Of a DNA stretch of 64,000 bases, positions 34,569 through 47,975 are shown in pieces. The DNA lies in contig RHPI01002069.1 of NCBI GenBank assembly GCA_009103225.1, positions 62,001-126,000 of the forward strand, given 5' to 3'. Numbering within the stretch: the stretch's first letter is position 1; the number at the start of each line of letters is the position of its first letter. This DNA comes from Chlorokybus atmophyticus (Eukaryota > Plantae > Mesostigma and Chlorokybus algae). Both the position numbers and the translations under genes were made by a program. Under the pieces are notes generated by a model that was not told where the DNA came from, did not search any database, and saw only the letters and a list, made by a program, of their open reading frames with translations.

Positions 34569-34992
34569 CAGGCACTGCTATCCACTTTTTGGACATTCTC
34601 GTCTTGCAGTCTGTTCATCACGGAGTTTACAAGCGACTCTACGACAAGCTGCGAGAACCAAACTTTCAAGGGGTCCCAGTGTTGCGGTCACCTCACCAAG
34701 TGTCAGCAATCGCAACCACAAGCAAGCTTAATGTTGACATCTCCCAATACATACGCTTCACAAGATTGTGCACATTCCGCACACACTTCCTGCAGCAGAT
34801 GCATTGCCTGCTTTGAAACATGTGCAGGCAAGGTACAGCAAGCGTCAGCTGCTGCAGCGACTAAGGGCCAAGATGCAGCAACCGGCGGACTACATCTACG
34901 ACGTCTCACTTATGCAACTGTACATGCTTTTGGCGAAAGCATGCGAGATAGTCACATGAGGGGAGCAGCTAGTCTGCCCTCATGCACATCAC

Positions 34993-35396
34993 GCAGGGCC
35001 AGCCGTACTAACACTAACCCAAACAGTGCACACAACAGCACAACAGGTCCAAAACGAAGGACTAGCGGCGGGGGAGGGGGATGGGGTGGCGGATGGGGTG
35101 GCGTAGTGGCACACATAGCACTGCACGTCATTGCACAGCGCCTGTACCTACCTCCTCCACACCCGGCCTAACAAGCTCTCATGGTTCCTAACAGGTTGGC
35201 TACCCTACTTGCTGCACTGCTTCAGATCCCATCACACAGCACATAGGGCACGTAGTTAAGAGCTAGGAAGAACCCGGGGTGGTGTTAATTGACTGTATGT
35301 GGGCTGCTGTTGTATGTGCCAAACGTGCGTGGATGCTGCTGCTATAGGACACAACATGCCTGTGCACGTGTGACTATACGGTCTAAATCCTATGCA
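34993..35396 (+). repeat. 3' direct repeat of the Penelope-like element
   Basis: Starts 34 bp after the RT stop (34959) and matches 31016-31419. Confidence 0.92.
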
Positions 35397-35940
35397 TATG
35401 ATGATGTGTACTGCGCAGAAAAATGAAGCAGCAATAAGTATGACATGTTCTATAAGGAGTTGTGTTCTCTAGCTGCTTGTCATTAACAGTGCTGACTGCT
35501 ACAACCTGCACAGGTTGAACTGCCATTTGACACGCCACAAGCACTTGTGCGTGGGGTGGGTCAGTCGTATGGTCTTGCCACGATCTTGGCGTATGCACAA
35601 GCAGCACCAACCCGCAATCTGCCTAGTGACAAGGCTGATAATGTGCATACAGTCAGTTGCTCGCATATCCTTTACAACAGCCCCTCCAGATCTCACGCAA
35701 TGCCTTGCACTGCCAGCAGCTGTCAGGCTACATGCACAAGCAGCCACCATTCTGCGGCTGGTGGGGGTGATTTTCAGCAGGAGCTCTTCTTAGCCTCGAT
35801 CAACCGGTACATAGCTGTCATCATTCACGGACACGCTCTGTAACAGCCGCACTCCATCACAGCTCGCGCCACTGGCTGCTGTGTACAATGCCTTGCTCTC
35901 TATCCTACGCACGCTAATAGATGGCTAACACACGGAGTAC

Positions 35941-38900
35941 TCAACCAGTAGTCAAAGCGCCTAGCAGCTCATTTGTTTCCTCATTGCTACTACTCGCAGT
36001 CAATATGTCATAGCTTAGCATGCGAGTGAGCGGGTGCTTGGCCTGCTCTTGCAACTCTTCCATTGTAGAGTGAATCTCTTCATTCTCCTTGAAGTAGATG
36101 CCGCCCTCTCGGTCAACGAGCTCGCGCACATCCTCTCCAGTCATCGTCCTCTTCTGTACCAAAATGTCGACCATCCTGGAAACAATATGCTTGTTTCTTG
36201 ATAGGCCGAGGTAGGCCGCTTGGTATGCTTGCTCAACAACCTTGCGCACTTCATCGTCCAGCTGCCGCGCTTGGTAGTCTGAAAAAGACTCATTGGCGGT
36301 CTTTTGATAGTCGCCGGACAGAAAGGCCGAGCCAGGCACGCCGCTCTTCCAGGCCACGGGACCAACAGCGTCTGAGAAACCACATCTCCTCACCATCTCC
36401 GTCGCCAACTGACAAACGAACGGGTTCCACATGTCAGTTAGAAGCAAGGTTCATCCACCAACTTCCTAGCATCACAGAGAAGCACAGGCTATGACAGAGC
36501 AGCAGTGAGCACACACAGTGCGGCGCTGTTCAGTCGCAATGACTCAAATTTCTTGGTTAGAACATGGATCAAACTTCCTGGTTGATGCAATCGTTGGCAG
36601 GTAAGCCATCTATACACAACTTGCTCACCTCATGCACTTTCTCAAAGTCATCCGCTGCACCAGGTGTTACCCTGTCCTTGCCAAGCATGACTTGCTCTGC
36701 CACCCGGCCACCGAGAGCAACAACCATCTGCTTGAACAAGTACTTCCGGTCGATGATGCCGGAATCTAACCTGGAATCGTCTGGTATGAACACTGTGTAT
36801 CCGTATTTCTGATTCCTGGCGAGGATGGTGATCCTGCTCAACGTGTCGTAGTTTTTGCAGAGCACTCCGAGCAACGCATGACCAGACTCATGCGTAGCAA
36901 GCACTCGAGCTTCCTCATCTTTAACCTGGTCAAGCATGCAATGTTAAAAGCCAGTACACATAAAGTCTTGCACTTGTACAAAAGGAAAGGAAAAGCTGTA
37001 AGGTCACCTTGTAACGAGGCCGCTCTTCTCCGCGTCTTTGCTTCCGTGTCATCTCAATCTTGTCAACGGCTACCAGCATGTTGTCGTGCCGCACCGAAGG
37101 TTGCAAGTTGATAGTCTGCCAACTCGTTGTCAGTCATTACTCAAGTCAAGAGGTACAGCATTAAGTTACGAACAAGAAACAAGGATCAGTGAGGGATGCC
37201 ATACAAATGTCATTAGCCAAACGACCCATCAAGAACCGTGACACGTACCGCATCATATACAGCCTCGGTGAGCAGAAGGGCTAAGTCCGCGCCTGTCCAA
37301 CCTGCTGTCCTATACGCAAGCTGCAAACAACAGCAAAGCAGTTAGCATCAATGAGCAACATGAAGCTCGACTGATGACATAATGGCTCGCAGCTCACCTC
37401 TGTCCAGTTGACGTTATTTTCCATGATGAACTTCTTTGCGTGCACCTTCAAGATGTCCTCCCGACCAACACGAGTTGGCAGCGGGATGCGAATGACCCGG
37501 TCAAACCTTCCTGGTCTGGTGATGGCCTCATCAAGCGCGTGCGGGCGATTGGTTGCGGCAAGAATCGTAATCCCTCGCACATCCTTGAAACTGTGCATAG
37601 CGAGTGTGGGCCGGTGCCAACACAAGTAAATACAACACACATAAATAGCTACCATGTTGCTTCTTCCAATCTAGGCTTTGATACGACAGTAATTAGCCTT
37701 ACAGATGCTGCTGCAATGGCGACGTACCCATCCATTTCAACAAGGAATTGATTGAGCGTGTTTTCCCTCTCATCAGCACGGGAATCTCCAGCATAACCTC
37801 GTTGGCAAGCGATGGCGTCGAACTCATCAATGAACACCATGCAAGGCGCCTGTCACCACCCACAAGGCATAAACCCGACATCCATCATACACAAATACAC
37901 GCAGATAGTCAGACTTGACGTCAGTGGCGCAGCAACACGATGCTTACGTTAGCCTTAGCTGTATTGAAGAGCACACGCACTCTCGAAGCACCGACACCAA
38001 CATAGTTGCCTACAAATTCTGGTGCACCAAGTGGGATGAACGCACGGTTCGTCTCCCCAGCCAAAGCACGCGCAATCAGTGTCTTTCCACATCCCGGTGG
38101 GCCGACTAGCAGCACGCCCTGTGGACCGGATTGGCAAGTGATGAGTATAATCAAAGACACGAGTACACAGGTCAGGTGAGCACAGCACCTTGGGGACTCT
38201 GGCGCCAATAGTGAAGTACCGGTCAGGATCTTCCAAGTAATCAATCAACTCCCTTAACTCTGGCATAACGGAGTCGATGCCAGCAACATCCTTGAAGGTG
38301 GTCCGCTTATTTTCCGGAAGTTTCGCCTCCTGTAACACGCGAAGCACTCAATCACTGCTGTTTGCCACATGATGCGAACTTGCAGTGGCAACTGCATTGC
38401 AAAGTCGACTACTTACCGCGTCACTTATAGGCCGCCTCAAAACAGGTGCATTTTTCAGCTCCTGCTCTGCGTTAAACTCATTGGGTCGCCTACCCTTCTG
38501 CTCGTATGCTTTCTGATACTGATGCTGATCCCATTGTTGCAGAATGTTGTACAACACGATCAGCGGGTAGATGAGAAAGAAGTAAGTCCGCGCATATTCA
38601 AACAAGGAAGGCCCTTTCTGAGTAATGAGCCGCACACCATGATCCAAGAGATGTGGCAAAAATAAAGGATCCGAGAAGGGTTCCACTTGAAATCGGCTAC
38701 CGTCCTGCAGCAACTGGATGGCTTAGCATCCATTTGCATCAGCATGTCCTACATTGAACAAGCAATGTGCTGTTGTTCGAAGGAGAGTAGTAAAACCGTT
38801 TTGAGAGAAAGAAAGCATGCATTCCGCTGCATGCACACAAAGGATGATTTCTATAAATACCTTGAGTTGCAGCTCAATGGTGTGGCCATCCCTGCGCAGT

Positions 38901-39787
38901 GTTGCCTGGTGCACCTGTTCCGTGCCTACTCTGTCCCACATCTCCGTATACGACATGACAGGCAACTTATCGTTGGCCGTCACGGAGGTAAACTCCTTCA
39001 ACTGCACAACATGCAGCAGCTTCAACAGGCGTGCAAGTACCCAGCATGCACGCAGATTGAGCATAACATTTCCCAAGATAACTACTTGCAAAAACACCAG
39101 AGAAGCATGCAAGAATGAAAAGAGTGCATAACAATGTAGACACTGACATTCACCAAACTTCATGTGGGAAAGCAGTGCACAACCAATTGAGCATGTCGTT
39201 TGTAAACAAGGCTATGCACAAAATGCCTTGTCGATATTGGGGTAGTGCACTCAGGGAATATTATCAATGATAAGTATATACTTGATAGCAATTGAGCAAG
39301 TGCGTACATGTGCTGATCATGGCAATGCGCTACGCCTGTGACACACCTTGGAAACAGCGCTTGCGAGCGGGTTAGAGGTGACAGTTGTCCTAGCAGGGGC
39401 TGCGACGGTGGCAGCGGGTGCAGCGTGCGCAATCGGTGCTCTAGAACCAGCCAATAACAACGCAACAACGGTAGCAGCTGCAGCGGCGGCTTTGCTCCAT
39501 GAGAACAACGTGTTAGGCAGAGCAAATGACTGCGAGCGCTGTGTCGCAGCGTGTTCACGCTGCGATGAACTGCTGCTGCTACAGCTGCATGCCAACAGTC
39601 TCCTTTGCAAAATTCCCCGAGGCAGCACAGCTGGCCCAATCACCCGATCAGCACCATCCCTCAACCTAGGCCTGGCCAACCCTGGAGCTGGCCTTCCCAA
39701 GCCAATCCTGGATAAGACTGTGGGAACCCATCCCTTCCTGAGCTCTACGGCACATGCCGGCGCCGGCAGCGCCGCCGCGCCCGCCAT
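35941..39787 (-). CDS. FTSH: Plastid FtsH ATP-dependent zinc metalloprotease
   Basis: Transit peptide plus hydrophobic segment ending AHA-A; TFKDVAGID, Walker A GPPGCGKT, Walker B VFIDEFD, SRH AATNRP..RPGRFDR, HESGH, LGGRVAE. Confidence 0.93.
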
Positions 39788-40229
39788 GGTCGCCGCTGCC
39801 TCCCTCGCCGCCCACGGCTAAGGTTAGCCTGGTGACAACCCTAACGCTAATTCTATCCGGAGCTTAGTTCACTGCTGGCGAGTCCAGTTCACTGATTTAC
39901 GGCTTTGCCAATCCCCCGGTATTCGTTCAGTAATCACCAACGACTCGACAGCTTTAGTGATGGGTGCGAAGTAAATCACCAGTGAGTCACGAGTGATTCA
40001 ATCGACCCGACCGTTGTGCTTGGCGATGTTTTAAACCTTCGCGGCAGCATTTTGGCTGATTGTTGTTGCTGGTGTTTCTGCCTGCGGCGGTGTTGGCGGT
40101 TGCGCTATTGTCGAGGTTAAATCGTTTGCTGCAATCTTCTCGTAAGCGGTACAGCCATAGCATACTGTAGCTTATTCTCCGCGGTGGCATTTGCTTGCCA
40201 AAGTTTAACTTGCATGCTTGCAGGTCAAC

Positions 40230-41522
40230 ATGACAAAGACAGCTGGTGCGACTTGACATCATGCATTCGTGATGTTCGTTGTGTTGTTGCTTACTCACAT
40301 GCGTGTTGTAACGCTTGTTCTGCTCAGATGGCAAGCTTCAAGGCACAGCCAGGCTCATTTTCTCCAGCAAAACCAACACCATTGGAAGCCAGGTGAGGTG
40401 GCCACAGCCATGCAGGAAAGAAGCTAAGAGCTGATAACTGCGGCACTGACTTAGCTCAAGTGAGAAGCTTTCTGCCTTAGATGCTCTGTAATTGACTTGT
40501 GTGCTTATTCTCTACGCTAGCTGACGTACAAGTTGGACGATGTGACCCTCAAGTTGTCTCTGCTGGACAAGCACTTCAACGAGCTTGACGACTTCCGTGA
40601 CGTCAAGGTCGCAGTGGAGAAGCCTGGAGTAAGATTATGCTAAACAATAGTATCATGCAGTAAACTTTGCAGCCTCTGATGTCATACTCACCTTGGTGTC
40701 ATACTCACTGCTCTTGTGTTTGATGCTGCAGTCGTTCTCTTACGAATGGGACGCAGCAGCCAAGGCGTTGGCGGCTTCGCTGCAGTCTTCAGCCGTCATT
40801 CGTGGCAAGAATGTGAAGCTTACTTATGCCAACAACCAGAAGAAGGTGTGATACATGTATAAGGCATTGCTGGAGCTCAGCCCAAGCTGCACGGTTGGTT
40901 GTTTCTTGCAGCCTGATTGCAATGTTGAGTTCACAGGGCACTGCTTCACTCACGACTGCTGTGTCCTTCAACAACGCCAACTCTGCCACTGTCAAGTACA
41001 ACTGTACCACTGACAAGTTTGACGTGAAGTACAGCTGGTTGGCAGATGACCGCAACTTGGTGAGAGAATTACAACATTGACCATGACACTCAACTAACTT
41101 CTGTTATGTTGTTTAATGCTAACAGTGGTGATGTGTTGTCTGTTCAGTTTGAGCCCTCTTATGACTTTGATAAGGAGGCGTGGAGTGTCGGTTGGACACG
41201 CCAGACGCATCCCCATGACAAAGTGAAACTGTCGTATAACTCTGGCACAAAGGATGCTGCACTCAACTGGACCAACACCCGCAGCGGCACATTGTCGGTG
41301 AGCATGGACTTTAACATACTTGTACTGCAGGCTGGTTGGACCATAGTTACTGCTTTGTTGAAGCACACGTGCTTTATGGAATAATGGATTTGCATGCGTG
41401 CATAGGTGACTGCTATTCTGCCACTGGCCACAGCGAACCAGAAGCCGGTGTTCTCATTTGAAAAGACATTCTTTGTCACTGTGCCGGGTCCCGAGACTGC
41501 TGGGGTCCGTGTGAGCAAGTGA
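40230..41522 (+). CDS. OEP24: Chloroplast outer envelope pore protein 24 (OEP24)-like beta-barrel
   Basis: Spliced MTKTA|DGKLQGTARLIFSSKTNTIGSQ|LTYKLDDVTLK..VAVEKPG|SFSYEWD..VKLTY..|..SATVKY..|FEPSYDFDKEAWSVGWTRQ..DKVKLSYNS..LNW..|..KPVFSFEKTF. The EKPGSF and EPxxD..AW patterns are typical of OEP24. Confidence 0.78.
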
Positions 41523-42222
41523 TAGGCTGGTATCATTGACCGCCGGTGCTAGATGTTATTGCGCAAAAAAGCAAGTGACACATGGAGACGTGTTTTCGTA
41601 GCTGTGAATCAACTGGCTGTAGAGTTACGTAATATGAGAGAGTAACTACAAGCTGCAAACAGTGTGCAGCTGACATGCAAGAAAACGAAATCTGGACGCA
41701 TTGCACAGAGTATGCTCAACCCTACTGATGCATGCAAGTGCTCCAGTCATCAAGCTGTCTGTATACTCATAACTAGACTAACTTGCAAGCACAATGCCCA
41801 TGCTCATATGTTTTGAGTGCGAGGTTCTTCCCAGCTTAGCACAGAACAAAACAGCATAGCAAGAGCTGACTGACATCCTGCCAATGCTTACAATCTGCTA
41901 TGGCACACCTGAAGGAACAATTCCCTGCCTGCACAGTGTTATCGTAGTGGTGCACAGTACTAGTAGAATCACAACCAGTAAGGTTCTCAACAGCTGTCAG
42001 TACTTCACTGCGAAGAGACGAAGAATGGAGAACAAACGAGAGCAAGCTTTGTTTCATTCAACGTGCACAGACTGTCAGCGAGCAACTGTCTACTTCTTCT
42101 TCTTCTCATCCTTTATGCCAGCAGACCTGAAACAAACATGCATGGTTAAAAACGTCACAGCTGCAGTTGCGCACGAACAAATGCCTAAAAAACAGCGGAA
42201 TAGAAGGAATGAGTGACAATAT

Positions 42223-42652
42223 TTACCGCTGCTTCCGCAGGACGATAGCCATGGACTCGCGAGCGCGCTTGGCACGGCTGTGAGTTCCAAGCTTTCTCTT
42301 GGCCACCTTCAGCGCTCGCTTATCCTTACCGATCTTCAGCAGCTCAGTGATGCGCCTCTCATAGGGGGCGAACCCAGCGACCTCACGCACAATCTCACGC
42401 ACGAGCTTCACGCGCTTGCCAGCATACTGCACACGCATGCAAACAGGGATTACCCTCCACAACCGAATTAGCTAACCCTCCAATTGGCGGCGATAACGAC
42501 GATGAGGACAACACCAACGACGGCAACAACATAACAACTTGTTCACTCACCCCTTTGCGGTTGGCAGGCCTCGGCTTCTGCTCCCGCACCGTCACGACAT
42601 GGCCCCTGTTTGCGCCGAATGCCAGCCCGGTCTTGGGCGCCTTGGGAGCCAT
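42223..42652 (-). CDS. RPL36: 60S ribosomal protein L36 (eL36)
   Basis: [28 protein letters not shown] | [45 protein letters not shown]; one intron. Confidence 0.97.
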
Positions 42653-42952
42653 GGCGACCACCACCACGACAGCGACGACGCCGCGGCGGCGACGGCGGCG
42701 GTAGGCAAAAAGACCAAACCCTACCTCAAGGCCAGTCCATAACAGGAACTTCCCGTACAGCGCAGCCGATTGGGAGAATACAACAGTCGGTACAGCGCGG
42801 CAAAGGCGAAGCATGCTGTATGCCGCGGCATGCTTGTGCATGTTGCTAAGAACATTTGTATTGCCTGTGGCGGTGGCTGCGGCGGTGGTGGTGGCGGAGG
42901 AGGAGAAGGAGAAGAGGCAGAGGGAAGAGGGTCAAACTAGGAGAACGCGGCG

Positions 42953-44356
42953 ATGCTGACCTCGCAGCTGGTGCTGCAGCGTGCTGTTGCGGCAGCAGCT
43001 GGTGCTCGCTTGACACTGCGCCCTCACCCCAGTCAGCACCAGCCCGCTCGCCTTGCCGCCTCCTCCTCCTCCTCCTCCAGACATAGAGCGGTCGCCATGT
43101 CGGCGGCGGGCCCCATGGCGAGCGAGATGGAGAAGAAGCTGACGGAGCAGCTGCGGCCGTCTCGGCTAGAGATTGTCAACGAGTCCCACATGCATGCCGG
43201 CCACTCCGGCAACCCCGGCGGTGGCCCCGACGCTGAAACCCACTTCCGCGTGACGGTGAGACATGCAATTCAGATTAACAATGTGTCCGTCGTGCAGTAC
43301 GTCGTTTGTGAAGTCAATTCACAGTGTGTGCAACATGCATTGTTGTTGGTACGAAGCCGCGATGCTTCACAGATAGTGGCGCTGATGAATCTCAGTCAGT
43401 GTGCAACACACAAGATGTTTGTCAAGAGTGTCTGGATTTTCTGCGCCGGAACTTTAACCGTCTCATGCGATGCATGCTCACCAATGGAAGTGCTCAGCAT
43501 GCTACCACCGCTACAAACCATGCATTGTTGTCGGCTGAAAAAGACAAGTAGAAAGAAAGAAACGGTTGTCGTAAGTGATGTAAGCAATTACCAAGCTCGT
43601 GTCACGTGTTACTGTTCCATGAGCATAGGGTGGCACGTTGCTTGCCCCCCCCCNNNNNNNNNNNNNNNNNNNNNNNNNNNNNNNNNNNNNNNNNNNNNNN
43701 NNNNNNNNNNNNNNNNNNNNNNNNNNNNNNNNNNNNNNNNNNNNNNNNNNNNNNNNNNNNNNNNNNNNNNNNNNNNNNNNNNNNNNNNNNNNNNNNNNNN
43801 NNNNNNNNNNNNNNNNNNNNNNNNNNNNNNNNNNNNNNNNNNNNNNNNNNCCCCCCCCCCCCCCCCCCCCGGATCCGACTTCAAATGTCATTAATGCGCA
43901 ACCATCGTCGGCTTCTCAGCCCTAGTAAACAGCTTGCCCAGACTGCTTGTCTTTTTCATGCACTGTGCTTGCTGGTAGCATTTTCCAGTGTAGCATACTG
44001 CTTTACAATTGGCGTGGTTAGTGAGCGGTTACACAGTGACCGCTCACTGAACTCACTGTTCTTCACCATCTCCTGCCTTGCTCCGGCATTTCCCGTGTTA
44101 TCACTCGTATGTTCATGTTCACGGTGAGGCACACTTTGACTATGCAAGTACATCATCTTCTCCCTGCCTCCTTGCCTCCCAACATAATATGTGCAAACAG
44201 GTGGTGTCGGATGCTTTTGAGGGCAAATCTCTGGTTGCCCGCCACCGCCTCGTGTACGGCCTGCTGGACGACGAGATGCGTCGGGCCGGAGGCGTGCACG
44301 CCCTCGCGCTCACCACCAAAACGCCTGCGGAAATGGCCAAAGCAGGAGGCTCATGA
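42953..44356 (+). CDS. BOLA: Organelle-targeted BolA protein
   Basis: Presequence plus MEKKLTEQLRPSRLEIVNESHMHAGHSG..ETHFRVT (to 43255) spliced to VVSDAFEGKSLVARHRLVYGLLDDEM..GVHALALTTKTP (44201-44356). The intron spans an N gap. Confidence 0.92.
43654..43850. other. Assembly gap (N run) flanked by poly-C, inside the BolA intron
   Basis: 197 N. Confidence 1.
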
Positions 44357-45720
44357 CATCCAGGTCACGTCATTTAGAAGTGATTGGTGTGAAATTAAAC
44401 CCTCAGGTTCATTGGCAGTTTCAATTTTGTTGTTATAGAGGTCTTGACTGCACCTGATAGCCGGTGCTATGTAAGTGCTGCACATGAGCCCAGTATCATT
44501 TGCATTCCTGAAGCAGCTTCTAATCTAGAGCTCTGTTTGCTACAACTCAGTGCGTATGTGCTGCTATACTGGTTGTTGACTTGCTTTCGAAATGCTTTAG
44601 AGGATGCTTGGATTGTATAGTATTTCCGTGTGCCTCATGCTCATTTGTTGGGCTGACAGCCCAAACACCCCCGCAGCTTGTCATCTCAGTTGGTGCTGTC
44701 CATCAGCGCCAAGAGGTCTTCCTCGCCCTCTGCACGCATGCTCAAGAGTGTGCGTCGCACAGCTAGCAAGCAGCTATCCGCGCATTTACGCAGCATGAGG
44801 TAGTTTGCACACTGTCAGCATGCATGGATACATGCTGTCAGTCATGGGTCAGTTCTAGTCGTTACCGTTATCACCGGTAGACATGCCGTTCAACACGCGT
44901 GCAAGGTCATCTACCGCACGCCTGCGCACAGAGGTGGTTATGGACATGATGCCCGCTAACATGTAATAATGCATGATACTGCGAGTACGAGAAGCTGCCG
45001 CGCGGCCATCCCATAGCTGTACCAACAGACCGTCACAATATTGCGCGCTTACCGGCCAGCTGCGTCAATGACGATTGTGTCGCTGCTGCTGTCACCAAGA
45101 CTGCTGCCTCTATGGACCAAGCATGGTCAGAGTTGGAACAAACTAGAGTTACAGCCCTTTCGAGCGGAAGGACAGAGGTTACAACCGATCCAAGTGTACG
45201 TGTACTTACTGCGCAACGGGACCGGCACCAAACAGGTTCAGTTTAAAGGTGTTGGCGTCGTCCTGCAACAGTCAGCTATATGTAAGCAGTGTCGAAGCAT
45301 GTGGATGACTGCATGTTTATTCCTTGGATTGTGTCATACCGCCTGCGAGGGCCTGATCATGGAAGCGAGCACATTTAGCTCCTTTGTTGCATCCCGGGGC
45401 GGCAGCCAGACCTATACAGACATATGCATGCACACGCCATGTTTGGTTCCCCCCACCACTAAACCTCAATAACAGCAACTTGACTTGCACCAAACACAGT
45501 CACAACCTGCCAACAAACCTGTTGCTGTTGTAGTTGCTCGCTTGGTTCGGGTTTTGGAGGGAGCGATTCTGAGGAACCGGAATCTGCAATGGCGGGCACC
45601 ACGCGGTCCTTAGCATATCTGTAGAGTAGCAGACAGATAGGTCATGCCCTCTTTTGAAACCTCATGCATGAGCGGAAACACTCATGACCAGTATATGTTT
45701 CAAGAAGGCCGACCCAGGAC

Positions 45721-47975
45721 TTACAGGTTGCCTCCCAGCGGCACCGGATGCACTTTTGTCACTGAGTGCTCAGGTGAATGGCACGCAAGGTCCACCTTGT
45801 TGTTGAAGCAGTTGTATCAGACTCATGCTTGGATAAAGCAGAACACACTGCCGACATGAAGCGACACATTCGCAAGCACACGACTCACCTTATACAAGTT
45901 GATGACTTCTCCGGTGCTGTTGAATACTCTGCACGCAACACACAGTACCTATCTAGGTTGTCCATATCAAAAGCTCATCTCAAGCGCTAAAGAAGACATG
46001 CATCTGCCTGGTACCTCACAGTGCCAAGCTGGGAAGGGGGAGTACCCGAGGCATCTCCTGCGTGGGCATCGGTGTCTTGAGCACCGGGCGAGGGCAGCAC
46101 AATGTGGCCGTCTGTTGTCTGCAGACCCTCGTGCAGAAACAGAGACACCTGCGTGCATGTGTACGGGTAATTGTACAAGTACCATGAGAACATGTGACAA
46201 CATACACACATGCCCACTCTCGTCTCTTTCTCTGCCTACCTTGACTCGCCTGTCTTGGAAGAAGTTGCACAGGACTTGGCGCAAATGCCACCAGTCGCCT
46301 ATAGACAAGGCCTTGTACATCTGTTGTTGCATGTCAACTGAGTTTGTTCATGCTATGTAATGGGGCAGTTGCAGCAGTCAGTGTTGGTTCCTATTTGGGG
46401 ATTTGGTGTGTGTACCTTTGTCATGCGCATGAGTGCTGCTTGCATCGCCTGCGTGCGAGTGAAGGAGTCAAGCACCACACACAATTTGTTCAAATGGTGG
46501 CAAAGCGAGATGCATGCTGATGATGCACAGTGTACCGCAGCGACGGCGCTGTCTTCACGCACGATGTCCATGCATGAGATGACGTGGCGAGAAGTCACCT
46601 GCATTTGCATGTGTGCGCGTGTGTGTGTGCGTGCAGTGTGCTTTCACTAAACAGCAGACATCTCATGTTTCAATAAATGGCTGCGGTCACCTCAAGGAGT
46701 TGGGTGGGTGCCAGGCAGGAGAGCAGCTGGTACTTGAACCCCATGCTGATCAAGTCGTATAACTAGAAAGAACACATACAGACATGGAATCATGCAAAAC
46801 AATTCAGGACTGATCAACCTAGAATTAACCAATTGGAAGTGAACAACCGTCAGACACATGCGGGGCGTGCAGACGTACACACATGTGCGCGGGCGCACGC
46901 ACACAAACGTACGCACGCACATGCCCACCTTGTCCATAGAGGACTCACTGAGCTTCATGATTGAGGAGTGCGCGAGCTTGTCAAACACCTGCGAATGTGT
47001 TCACTTCATTTCGCTGATGAGATTAAGGATAGAACATGGCTCATTTATCTCTCTATTGGCGTGCGTGCCTGTCTCGCTTGTACGGGCGAGCACGGCGTCT
47101 GCGGTCGGCACACCTCTTCCGTCAACGCATTGTCGCAGAACATCGCGCTGCACACCTCGCGAAGAACTGCAAGCGCACGCACTCGTGTTCGTGTGCGGGT
47201 GTTGGTGTGTGCGTTGGTGCATGTGTGTGTTTGTGCGTGCCCGTGTACGGGTGGGCGTGTATGCATTCCTGCGTACACGTGTGCACGTACATGTGCGCAT
47301 GTGTGTGCGAGTGTATGCGCATGTGAGTGCGAGTGCATGTGCGTGCGTGTGCGTGGTGAAGCAATGAACATTGGCAGCTTTTCATTGCTTGCCTCTGAAG
47401 GCCTTGTCTGGTGGGATGGATTGGGCCCGAAGACGCTGCTCCAGTATATACACCATCTCGCTGCCCATATTCATCAGCTGCATGTTATCAACCACCATCA
47501 CTTAGAGCAAAATCATGAAAAGCAATTTTTGAGGTCATCACAACACATGGGAGACAAGAGCTTTTTGTTGCATCACTTGTTCCAACAGCGAGTTGTGATG
47601 GTTGTGCACATCACACATGTATATATGCATACACAGTGGTTATAATGTACTGCACAAGAAACCATTATTGAAGGCGAAAGTAGAAGGAGTTGTTCTGAAC
47701 AGCTGAGCTTAACTCTTGGCAAGTTTGCCTGTGCTGTTGGAACAAGTGGACGGGTTGTGTTGATGCAGTCAGAGCTTCAATAGCAACAGCTACTACTTGG
47801 AAATCAATATTTGCAACACCAATACTCGTGCACGTGAGATTGGAGACATGTACAATAGCGACACTGACAGCAATAGCAGCAGCACCAGGTGCAACCACCA
47901 CCACCACCACCACCACCACCACCACCACCACAACTCAGTTGCACTTACCAGCATGGGCATCGCCAGCAGCGCCAT
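45721..47975 (-). CDS. OSCP1: OSCP1 (organic solute carrier partner 1; cilia-associated family)
   Basis: Spliced MALLAMPML|LMNMGSEMVYILEQRLRAQSIPPDKA|VLREVCSAMF..|MFDKLAHSSIMKLSESSMDK|LYDLISMGFKYQLL..|..LRQVLCNFFQDRRVK|VSLFLHEGLQTTDGHIVLP..LGGNL*. Confidence 0.85.

Larger units (their letters stand above)
31016..35396 (+). mobile_element. Degenerate Penelope-like retroelement with N-terminal GIY-YIG endonuclease then RT (Chlamys-type domain order)
   Basis: GIY-YIG: HVIYVMYQL..MYVGLSCNSAFARFKQH..FWIHLLQT..GFN (31820-32120, frameshifted). RT: GTKFK, VVTQVDKCAGTYAMVCKRYY, LPHLYLTAKLNKAPPKLRFIA, TYDFTTL*T, QRIGIPMG, RFVDN, HFLDI, LYDK, SQYIRFTRLC. Several stops and frameshifts. Flanked by 404-bp direct repeats. 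Confidence 0.88.

Noticed and set aside
34814-34816. Selenocysteine UGA in the PLE RT (as in Naiad elements)
   Set aside because: The copy has several other stops and frameshifts and no SECIS was recognised; CGA>TGA decay is more likely.
46858-47645. Long Cys/Val/His-rich ORFs in 46.8-50.5 kb
   Set aside because: Translations of intronic (GT/CA)n repeats.
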